Source of the DNA: Styela clava
Lineage: Eukaryota
Reading direction: 5' to 3'
Length of the DNA stretch: 64,000 bases
Assembly (NCBI RefSeq): GCF_964204865.1
Contig: NC_135255.1
Span: forward strand, 13,640,001-13,704,000
The notes under the pieces were generated by a model. It saw nothing but the letters and a program-made list of their open reading frames with translations. It was not told the origin of the DNA and made no database searches. Shown here in pieces: positions 13,970-25,900 of the stretch. Each line of letters starts with the position of its first letter. The first letter of the stretch is position 1. Both the position numbers and the translations under genes were made by a program.

Positions 13970-16900
13970 TCATTCGAACGTATGACCCCAAGTTGGTTTT
14001 CTCTTTTCATTGAAAGCAGCAAGTCCTTCCTTGCCATCTTTCAAGCCAAGATTATCAACCATTACACATGATGTATCCCTGGAATAGAAAAAAGATGATA
14101 GATGCAATGGTTGAAGACGATGAATAAGTCCACATCCCAGAAAGTTTTCTTGGGTTCATTCTCAAATCGAGAAGAGATATATTAATTTCAACACAAAACG
14201 AAAATCCAAATTTTGATGTATACCGGGAATATATTTTTACTACATGATTTTGATGTGAAAACTTGGATGAAATTTGTTTAACTCTCTACACAATTCGTTA
14301 AAGACAGTGTTCTAATATTGACATCTTCAGGGGTGGCCAAAACCAGCTACCGTGATCTACTACAATTTACATACATTTTAAAACAATATTCGAACAAGGG
14401 AATATATTCTGAATGGTTCAACAAAGAATACCTGTAAGTCAATGTGTATGAATTAGAAAATGCAGGGAAATTAGTACAAATGTGCTTTTACTAGTTCTCA
14501 GAAATTAAATACAGGTCTTGTTAATTGTTCTGTGAGACTTCATTTGTTCAGTATGATAAATATTTCATAGGAAACTATCAAAAAGTTATTTCAAAAATCA
14601 AGACTACAGCTCTACAGGGTATACCCAAATGATTTAAAACTGATTTGATTTTATATTCGCTTCGGAAATCCTTAAGTCAGCTTACTTGTATGCAGAGTGT
14701 GTGTCTTTTGTAATTTGTCTATAGAATGTAGATTTCCCAAGGGCCATAACTGATCGACTATTATTACAAATCTTTTTCAGCATTTCATCTGTTTCTTTGT
14801 TTAAATCATCTTTTGGAACAACCCTGCTAACGAGACCATGCATCAAGGCCCCTGATGAGTAAATAAAATATAAATCAATTGAGTTAACATAAATCAATTA
14901 TAATTACATTTCCAAATGTTAGCTACCAGCTTAATTAAGCACTCACAATCCTTGATCTATTTTCTTCAACAAAAAAGCATACTAATCGAATTTTGATATT
15001 GAAAAAAAAAAACATCAAAGCTGAATCTTTTTCAAAATGACTATATTCTAAATCTAGAAAAAACAGCAGTTAACTACAAATTTAATAAAAAAAATTATTT
15101 TGCTCAAGAAATATTAGTAAAATGAAGAACGTCAAAGTTGTTATATCATCTCAGAAACAACCATTTTGAATCTACAATTTGCTTCCTGAAGGTAAACAAT
15201 CAAAAGCAAAACAGAAAGAATCTTACTTTGTGCAGATATAACTTCACCCGTAAACAACATTTCCAAAGCAAGTTTCTTTGGCACTGAGCGTCCAAGAGCA
15301 ACAGCAGGTGTGGAACAGAATAGGCCAACATTTACTCTGTAAAACAAAAAAAGAGAAAAATATGTCATCAATCTCTGATATAATAAAAATGACCAAATCC
15401 AAACTTAGTAGGAGGGTGAAACTGAGAACAAAGTCGCAATCGTCAGTTTCCAGCAGATATTTCAGTTCCGATCAACTATTGACTAACTAATGTTGCAATT
15501 ATAATTTTCAAATTACCTACGCACTTGTTAATTACTACAAACAGGTCCTTTACGATTAAAATACAATATTTAACACAACCCATGTTTGCCATTCCTCTCT
15601 TTATTTTGGAAACGATGATGAAACAGAAAATGGAAACATATAACAACTACAGAAGAACCTGGGACATGGACGTGTCATACACAAACTATTTTACATATTG
15701 TCGATGTGCCGTACCCCTCTGCCTTGTATATTTTATCAAAGTTCTATTTGTATGTCTTCTCCATTTCATGTCCTACTATAACACAGCAGTCCTGAACTGC
15801 TGTCATACTTGTTGAGGGTACATGTCGCACAACAGTGTCTTAGGCCAGTAAGGTCTTGAACAGGTATCACGTCTCTGCTATACTGTTTAATTATTATGCA
15901 GATACTGTTACATTTTCGAGGCAAATAAACATACATACATATAGGTGGTTTATATTGCATTTCTTGAACCTACCCTGGAGTACAAAAAGTTGCATTCTCT
16001 GATGCAATTGCAATGTCACATGTTGCAACTAACTGACAACCTGCTGCAGTAGCTAGGCCTTCAACTTGACAAAGTACTGGAACTGGCACATTTTGAATCA
16101 ATTCCATCACTTCGCTACAGAGACTAAATACTTCTGTGTGTTTTGATCGATCATTAAACGACATCTGAAGCATATATATCACATGATGTTAGACACAATT
16201 AATCACATAGAAAATACATAAACATAAAAATTCAATTAGCAAATATATGTCCACACACTGACCAAACAATTATTGAGCAAATGTTAAAAAAATTCAAGCT
16301 TCATTTTTTGGAGAATTTTTATAAAGAGTAAGTGGTGATCACCTACTGCTTTCAACAATACTTACCAATTCTTTAAGATCATGTCCTGCTGAGAATACAG
16401 GTCCATTCGCAGATAAAACAATAACTCTAAGCTTTTCAGAATCAACATCCTTGGAAATATTTTCTTTCAGTGTATTGAGCATATTTAAAGAGAGGGCATT
16501 TCTAAAAAGATATGCAGATTATAAGTTGATATAGTTGGCAAAAAGTAGACTCTCTCGAGGATAGCTCTGAAAAGAATGTTATTAATTTAAAACTGACCAA
16601 ATTTAAACTTACCTGGTTCACACAGAAAAACAACAAGCCATACACAGTTTAGAGCAGTATGATGTTATAAATTTCAGGTTCAAATCCCATATCCATCACA
16701 TCACCAAGGATGTATTAAAATTGAGTATGAAATGTCGGATTGATAATATTTCAAAACATAGGGGCTTCTCATTTGACAGTAGTGGTCATGTTCGGAGCCT
16801 TGGCCCTGGAGTTTGGCCTGACATATCCGTACTGCAGGCTGAAGATCTTGGGTTTAAGAGTCGAATAGATAACTGTTCAAGGCAAATGTCAAAACTCAAG

Positions 16901-19900
16901 CAATAAATGAATAACTGAGTGGTGTCTGTGTGTCTCAGTGGAAGCCTCCGTGCGAGGATTATATGTAAAACATCTCAATAGCCGATACCATCAAAAATTT
17001 ATATTCCTACGAAAAATTCAGTAAGAAAAAAACATCAAAACCTTTTACGAGGATTATTGAGAGTGATTCTTCGTATTCCATCTTCTTCTTTAACAATTGT
17101 AAGAGGTTCCGCAGTGGATGAAGCAAAACTACGACATGAAACAGCACCGAATTTCTGTACAGAATAGTTGCAAGATTAAATGATGATTACAAGAGTTGCA
17201 AGATTGAATGAGTTATTTTATAATATACTGCATGATAAAGATAGCGACTCAAATCCAAATGGAAGAGTATTTCATCAATTAAAAAAATGTTCATTCAATT
17301 ATTCAAAAAAATGAAGATTACGTCCCAATTTTATGATTTGTGATGAACATTTGTTAGACTTTAAGGAAACAAGTAGGCGTCTGAATAGATTAAGAGAAAG
17401 AATAAACCAAACAGATAAATTAAGAATTGCCTTTGTAAGGATTTATCAATATATGGAGCACAGTCAGCTTCCCTCAACTAGGAAAGGTCACTAAATTTAT
17501 AATGACCATAAAATTCTTTAATTTTGGATATCTTAAATCCTATTTGAAGCAAATATCATTTAAAATTCACTGTGTAGTGTAGTTGAAACTCAAATTAATT
17601 AAAGTGATATTAATTTTAATAATCTCCTTCAATAGTGGAAGTATTACTTGAAATATGGGGCCGAATGTGACAAAGATTAAGTGCAAAATTTTTTTCACCT
17701 TTATATATATTGCATTTTCCCTCTAAATATAACGACAACAAATAAAGGCAGAGGTATATTATCATATGAGGTGTTGCATTACACTACACTACGCCTCACT
17801 ATTAAATAGTATAAAATAAAACTCACTAGTATTAATCTCTGAAACTTGAGGCACTGCATAATACAGCGACGTTGCTTTCAGATCAAAATAATCAATCAAA
17901 TTTTGACTGTAAATACAAAAACGTTTCAAATATGTCAATTACACTCCCATATTTTTAAATGAAACAGGTAATATTTGTACAAAAACTTCCATAAAAAATA
18001 CATCCTGCAACTGTTCTTGAGTATCGTTTGCTATTTTACGTGAAATGCGATTAACCATATTATAATGACTCTTTTTTCCACATAAAACCTCAATTTCAAC
18101 ATACAAGCGCCCATCATCAATTTCACCCCATTCAGTGATTCGAGGAATAACTCTATATGGGATTTCTTCCGGTAAATGTTCGAGAAGTCCAGCACGAATA
18201 GAGTCCATAATGATCTGCTTAGGGCTGGCATCAGTCTTTACCTCACTGTGATATTTCCACGAACCAGGTTTTGCATGGGTCAACATATAGTTTTTAATAG
18301 GATCAAGACCTAAGCCTTCCTTAGCAGAGATGACAAATACTTCTTCGAAATGGGGCCATCCCCTACAAAATCTCAATTTGTTCAACAGTCTATGTTCACT
18401 TCCTCCCATCCATTTTTTCAAGGCAGTTTCATCAGCTAAGTCCAAATTTTCATATTCCGTAAGCGCATTTTTTTTTATTTTTGGAGTCCTCATAGGAGTA
18501 AGTTTTAGCCTCTCTGGCTCAAAAGACTCACCAGCTATACGCCCCGCGGTTAAGGTATAAATCAAAGGTAACAAATGATCCTTCTTTTTGTATTTATCAA
18601 CCTTATTTAAAACGAGTACAGTTGGTACATGTCTGTTTTTAATCATAGTCATGAGAATCTCGGGCTGTAAAAAACCATCTTTGATTCTCAAGGAAGTTAA
18701 ATCAGCCAAAATGATCCCAATATCAGAATCAAAGAATGAGTCATTGGGCAGAGAAACAGACTCCCTTGCAAGTCTATGACGACCAGCTTTTCGATTGTTC
18801 ATTATACCTGGTGTATCTTGAAACAAAATTTGTGTGTCACCCATTGTACGCACTGCTGAAATATTTTCCATAGTGGTGTCAATTTTGCACGAGGTTGCCA
18901 TGATTTTCTTCCCCAATATTGCATTAATGAAAGTCGACTTCCCTGCATTTGGCATTCCCAAAACGGAAACTTTCAAAATTTTTGGATTCAAGGGCTGATC
19001 AGGTGGTCGTATTATTAAAGATTGATGTCTGGATTCAGAGTATGTAACAGGAGCAAAATCAGTACCATCGTTAAATATTAAGCTTTCGTCTTCATCAATG
19101 AATGTTATATTTTGTCCACCGTCTATACTTGACAAAAAACGTGTGCTACGTTTAACAAATGCGAATCCCCTTCTCAACACAACACTGCAACGTGTTGAAA
19201 TCAACATTGCCGTTAATTGACAAAAACTTATATAAATAATAGATTACATGAAAAATATCAGGCTGTTAAAGATGGAATCAAAAATTGGGGTCTGGTATAG
19301 TTTAGTACCACATGCACTTCTAGTTGGCCTGGCTCAACAATTTTTGCATAACGTTATGTCAATCCTAACCCTCACCTGACTACGTCACCCAAAAATTACA
19401 TCATTTCGACGTCACAGTGGCGTACTAATGTCCACCAAAGTATGCGAACGGTCGTCCAAAACGCGCAGAGCACCCGAAATCGAGCAAGCTATCTCTCTTG
19501 TTTTCTCGTCACAATAATCACGATAGGAGAGAGATCGCCGGCTTTAGCGAGTACGTTATCGGGGGCGCAGATGTCATTTCGGGCGATCGTAATTATACTT
19601 TGGCAAGACCTATGACGTGATGGCGACGTCATAGTGACGTAATTTTTGGATGGCATAGTCAGGTGGGGGTTAGGAATAACATATGCAAAATTCGTTATGC
19701 TACGCCCACTGGAAGGGGAGGCGGACAACTCGACTACACGGACAACTCACCAGAGACAACTCGACTACCTGGAGACCTGGTGAGTTGTCCGTCTTTTCGC
19801 ATTTTCTACGATGGTGTTTTAGGTCTATAGAAATGCGTTTTTGATATTTTTAGTGCTCAAATGTTGAGAAAAATACATAAATATTCTCTAGAAAGCATTT

Positions 19901-22900
19901 TTATTTGTATAAGTGGCTTATTTTAATCATGTTGTATGAATACAAATACAGTCTACAGACGAAATTGGAGTAACGTTAGCGAAGTTAGACCGTTGACTTA
20001 TAAGACTGTGTTCGTTTAATTTTAGGAACTTTATTGGTATTAAATGTTTTGAATGAGCACATTTGAATATATTAAAACCTTTATACTTCACAGTAACACT
20101 TAAATATTTATGAATGTGAGCTTAGTAGTCTGTGGTTGCAGTAGTCTAAACTCGCCTACGGCAGTCGCCCGTCAACTCACCAGTCGAGCAAACGCTCTGC
20201 GACGTGACGTCATCGATGCTCGAGGTAAAGACAACTCGACTACCGAGCAACGAGAGGCAGACAACTTACTAGTCGAGCAATCGCTCTGCGATATAGATGC
20301 TCGAGGTAAAGACAACTCGACTACCGAGCAACCTCACTAGTCGAGCAACCGCTCTGCGATATCGATGCTCGAGGAGAAGACATTGCTTTGCAAAACGCAG
20401 ACTCAATAGTTGCATAGCATTTACTTAGTGCCGACTGATATTAGTTGTAAGCCAACTCACCACGGCAAGGTTTCAGTCATAGAGTTGGAATTTCTTTTTG
20501 CAGAAGAAAACCAGGAACAGATAGGCACTGTCGCTGCGCCTGGCAAAGAAACTGGGCCGAAGAATGGATAAAAGATGTTTACTTTTTACGATTGATGAAT
20601 TTGATATGATATTTGAATACTAAACGTTATGGGGAAATTTATTGGATGGAAGGTTTTGTTTTCTTTTTCGCTACGAATATTGAATTTCATTTGAATACTA
20701 AACGTTATGGGAAATTTGCTGCGTTACATACTTACTCTTTGCAATACTGCGGCCCGTAGATCCTTGAACACCTCCGAGGAAGAGAGTCCACAGATAACTC
20801 TCCTTCCTTAAACTGTTCCCAAACATGTTGCGCCCTCTCGTTGGCTTCCGCATACCTGCCGTTGACACGCCCCACAACATTCTCTTCCAAAATATCCACA
20901 ACGTCCGCCTCTATCCCTATACTTACCTCGTGCCAACCTTCCAGATGATTGTTGGTTCTTATTTCTACGTCGAATACTGACCAATCCTTGGGAGTCCAGA
21001 CACTGTTGTATAACCATGTGTTTTGAAAATATTCGGCGAAGTTCTTGAGATCTTGAGTGTGCATCTTTTCTTTCAGTGATTTGAACCTGGACGTGATAAA
21101 CATAGCAGGTATATAGCACAGCGCCATGACATGCTTTATCAGGTCTCTTGTTCCAGCGTCCCTAAAACAAAACATGTTAAAACAAAAGAAGTGGAAGAAG
21201 TACAAAGACATATATATAAATATGGTTAACCACTTACTTGTTGTATAGGCGAGCCAAATTATTGTGGCGCACATTCTTCATGATGGCCTGAGTGAAGTGG
21301 AAAGAGCATCCCTGCTTTTCGACGTCCGGCCATACTGAAGAAAGTGCTTGCCACGTTGCGGCTTCGAAGTCCAGTACGAATCTCTTCACACTTGCACCGG
21401 AAAACGAAAGGGTGAGTAGGTTGTTAATTACATTGAAGATATGGACGTAGTCAATTTTCCTGCGCCGGGACATAAGGACAAAAACCAACGGAATTTGTTT
21501 CGAGCATTCGCCGCTCCTGATGAATGCATGGATAGAAAAAAGTTGATAAAATGGGTCTTTAACCACGTCGAACGTCCCATCCATATACCAGCTTTTTGAT
21601 CTCATATCACCAATCTGGCACAGATATCCATGTACGGAGATTAGATAAGGTGCAAGGTCGGTGATAATGATGCCGCGCGCCGAGATTACTGCTCGGTTAT
21701 CGCCGAGTTTACAGCCTCATTATCGCCGGCCTGGCACCTTACAAACGTAGATACTCATTAGCCGAGGTCGTTTCCATCACAGTTTTATACTGAAACGAGG
21801 ACGACTAACGGTATATTAACTCCACAAAAACTACGAAAGAATTCAAGATGACTACTCCAAATATGTGCAAGAGATGTGACGACAATGTTTCCATGAAGCA
21901 GGAGGGACTCATCTGTGACGTCTGTCGAAATTGGTTTCATAGCAAATGTTTTAATAATTCAGATGTGGCAATGACAAGGGAACATTACAGGCTATTGAAA
22001 AAACAGGACGTAACGTTTGAGTGGAAGTGCCTGAACTGCTACCAGGCCCAGGACACCCATCATGACTCCAACCCGATTGTTGTATCTCAGCAGATGGAAC
22101 CCAACCTGGCCTGGCCGCCTGGATTGCAATGGTATATAAGAGTGGTGAGGATTTTATTTTGTCGACGCAACCGCAGGTTAAATTGAAGACAATTAAATTA
22201 ATAAGAGCAAGACATTTTAAATATGCCCGTGTCGGTCACGAATTCATCACTTTGCACAACAGAAAAATATATATTCGTTGTTATATTATTTGTTGTGAAA
22301 GTCGACTCTTTTAACAGGCATAATCGCGGCGATGAATATGTATTTTTAATTTATTGCTAAACTTTATATGTATATTCATTGTATGAAATGAATTATTCTC
22401 TACACCTACACAGGATTTTATATAATTACTTGAGATTTTTCCAACGGCGATAACGAGTTGGCAAGATTGCAAAAATACCTATTAAAATCAAATACATCAA
22501 GCAGTTTATCTCGTAATTTTAGGTCACAGATTGCCGTGGACCGAATAGTAATGTTTTTTTTTTGACGTAAGAAGAAGCAACCGCGAGTTATGTTGGACAC
22601 GTTAAATTAATATATAAAGATATTTTAGAATCTCCTAGTTGTCATGGATTGAATATTTTACGTAACAGAATGATCATTATACGCTGACAAGACGGCTCTT
22701 TTAACGAGCGCGGAATCGCGGTGGGTGTTACAGGCGGCAATGAGAATTTCCGATTTCGAAAATCCTGACTGCGCGCTGGCAGTGGTGGTCATCTATTCTC
22801 TACTAATTTATTTCTAACTCCAAACACTACAATATGTTACACATAATAACAATATGGCTCACATAAATTAATATATAAATATACTGGTAGGTAGTAGAAT

Positions 22901-25900
22901 ACTCTAGGCTTAAATATTAGAATTTTTAAAGGCATAATGGATTTTCGATTGTTGTTGCCTGTATTGCCAATAAATTTTATTACTCTCAGAAAATATACAC
23001 AATTATCTGAATACAAGTAGTATTTTTGTCAATAGACTCGACTATTATCGTAACATCATGGTACCAATGATAGAAAGCGTCAGACAACTCCTTGGCTATC
23101 TTTTCATATGGTCATTTATCAAAGTGAATAATTTTAATAAACTGACTGTGTCACAAGTTGCAATATTTTTTATTAATAGCTATAAACTATCAATTACTTT
23201 GTGTACATATACTGTTGGTCTGTGGCTTCATTCTGATATTTCTATTGAAGCTTATTTCCTAATTTACTGGGTTTTAATCAACTAAAGCAAAAATGTGTTA
23301 TTTTCGATTTTAGAATGTATTCGGAATTCCAGATTTGAAAACATTACTTTAGAATGTATTCGGAATAGTTTAGTATTCGGAAATGGCCATCCCTGGCCGC
23401 AGTATTGCAAAGAGTAAGTATGTAACGCAGCAAATTTCCCATAACGTTTAGTATTCAAATAAAATTCAATATTCGTAACGAAAAAGAAAACAAAACCTTC
23501 CATCCATTAAATTTCCCCATAACGTTTAGTATTTAAATATCATATCAAATTCATTAATCGTAACAAAAAGTAAACATCTTTTATCCATTCTTCGGCCCAG
23601 TTTCTTTGCCAGGTGCAGCGACAGTGCCTATCTGTTCCTGGTTTTCTTCTGCAAAAAGAAATTCCAACTCTATGACTGAAACCTTGCCGTGGTGAGTTGG
23701 CTTACAACTAATATCAGTCGGCACTAAGTAAATGCTATGCAACTATTGAGTCTGCGTTTTGCAAAGCAATGTCTTCTCCTCGAGCATCGATATCGCAGAG
23801 CGGTTGCTCGACTAGTGAGGTTGCTCGGTAGTCGAGTTGTCTTTACCTCGAGCATCTATATCGCAGAGCGATTGCTCGACTAGTAAGTTGTCTGCCTCTC
23901 GTTGCTCGGTAGTCGAGTTGTCTTTACCTCGAGCATCGATGACGTCACGTCGCAGAGCGTTTGCTCGACTGGTGAGTTGACGGGCGACTGCCGTAGGCGA
24001 GTTTAGACTACTGCAACCACAGACTACTAAGCTCACATTCATAAATATTTAAGTGTTACTGTGAAGTATAAAGGTTTTAATATATTCAAATGTGCTCATT
24101 CAAAACATTTAATACCAATAAAGTTCCTAAAATTAAACGAACACAGTCTTATAAGTCAACGGTCTAACTTCGCTAACGTTACTCCAATTTCGTCTGTAGA
24201 CTGTATTTGTATTCATACAACATGATTAAAATAAGCCACTTATACAAATAAAAATGCTTTCTAGAGAATATTTATGTATTTTTCTCAACATTTGAGCACT
24301 AAAAATATCAAAAACGCATTTCTATAGACCTAAAACACCATCGTAGAAAATGCGAAAAGACGGACAACTCACCAGGTCTCCAGGTAGTCGAGTTGTCTCT
24401 GGTGAGTTGTCCGTGTAGTCGAGTTGTCCGTCAGCCACTGGAAGTAGGCTACCTGTGGTACTAAACTATACTAGACCCAAAAAATTGCTTATACTGTATA
24501 CAGAGTACGGTACCGGTACCGTAATATGAAGCAAACACACCTTACTTAATTCAATATAGCCTAGCCTATACCCCTATCCTGTTGCCATAATATGGTGGGA
24601 TATGATTCCACTATTTCATAGTTAAGCAGTTAACTTATACCACATTCTAGACCTGGCATGGGCAAACTACGGTCCGCGGATTGCAGCATTGAGTAATCTG
24701 TCCCGCCTGATGCTGTCACAACCAAACTAGAACCAAATTTTGATGTTATAGCTAAAAATAGCTCAATGAATTTGTTGAGATTGCGATTAAATTTAGTTTT
24801 GGAACAAGGACCACTGAAATCCCGGACATGTCCGGGCAAAATATGGCGATTGGTAACCATCAGCGGATTCGAGAAGGGGGCATTGTTACGTCACTTTTTG
24901 CATCTTGCTGGTTGGCAAATGTCACGAAGTAAACAAGGAGGTCGATGCTCGGGGAAAGGTCAATTACCAACTATGGCTAGGCCATTACGGAACTTAGTCT
25001 TCTAAGTCTCTAAATCTAAGACGATTGATAAATATTAGAACTTGGACCTCTATGTTCCGAAATGGCCCAGTTGGTAAAGGCGGTCAATAAACCTCTCATT
25101 TGTTCCTGGTGACCAAAGTTTGAATCCCGCGATCTTGATATGTCGTATCAATTTCGTAACGTCACTAATTGAATGACACAGATATCTGAAAAACGAATAA
25201 AGCTCTGACTTGAAAGACAATAGAAATCCCTAGATAGGCGAAAAATGAAGGAAATCGAAGGGTCAGACCTAGAAAAGTAGCGATTTTTAAAATTCATAGC
25301 CAGACCATGCATGATCTGACCTGAAAGACAATAGAAATCCCAAAATAGGCGAAAAATGGAGGAAATCGAAGAGTCAGACCTCGCAAAGTAGCGATTCTTG
25401 AAATTTATAACCGGACCATGCATCATCGAACACGATCACGGATAAACTTCTGGAATTATATAGCCAATAGTCGATCAAAGATAAAAAAAAATTCGCGTCG
25501 TTCGGGCCGGGATCCGTCACCAGCGCGCCCCATAAAATCGCGGCTCGCTACGGTGAGGTCTTAATTTAGTTACGTCATTCCCAGGTTGCTTGCACGCCTT
25601 TTCTACACCACGCTGATCGTTAGTTTAATCGGTGAGGTCTTAATTTAGTTACGTCATTCCCAGGTTGCTTGCACGCCTTTTCTACACCACGCTGATCGTT
25701 AGTTTAATCCCGAACAAAACTATTCGAAACCTTGCAGACCTATCCGAGCTTCAGAGCCAGCAAGGTTAGTATTTTCTTACCGATTAAATTTATTAAATAT
25801 GCATTAACAAAAAGCAATCAAACTTCCTTAATTAAGTTAAAATAGCAAATCACGAAGATTATAGGCACACAACAAGGAACTTTATTAACTTAAAAAATAC

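Larger units (their letters stand above)
19716..24436. mobile_element. Mutator-like (MULE) DNA transposon, 4721 bp, TIRs 19716-20754 and 23395-24436
   Basis: ~1040-bp near-identical inverted repeats (ORFs 20110-20340 and 23812-24042 are identical mirror images). TSD ACTGGAAG at 19708-19715 and 24437-24444, extendable to 10 bp. Repeated GACAACTC subterminal motifs. Internal MULE transposase. Confidence 0.92.
19288..24478. mobile_element. ~470-bp foldback MITE (GGGTCT termini) split by insertion of the 4.7-kb MULE
   Basis: TIRs GGGTCTGGTATAGTTTAGTACCACA (19288) / TGTGGTACTAAACTATACTAGACCC (24478). Flanks CAAAAATTG / AAAAAATTG. Inner arms 19340-19420 and 19625-19700 are mutually inverted. Confidence 0.75.

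Noticed and set aside
19716-20380. Regularly recurring GACAACTC(G/A) / GTCGAGCAA motifs resembling a CRISPR-like array
   Set aside because: Spacing is irregular, the spacers are not unique, there are no cas genes, and the context is eukaryotic. They are subterminal repeats of the MULE TIR.
20110-24042. Two identical 76-aa ORFs (20110-20340 +, 23812-24042 -)
   Set aside because: A by-product of the TIRs, built from DNA repeat motifs, with no protein features.
25062-25130. Possible tRNA gene
   Set aside because: Only A/B-box-like motifs are present; no acceptor or anticodon stems can be formed. Treated as a SINE remnant.
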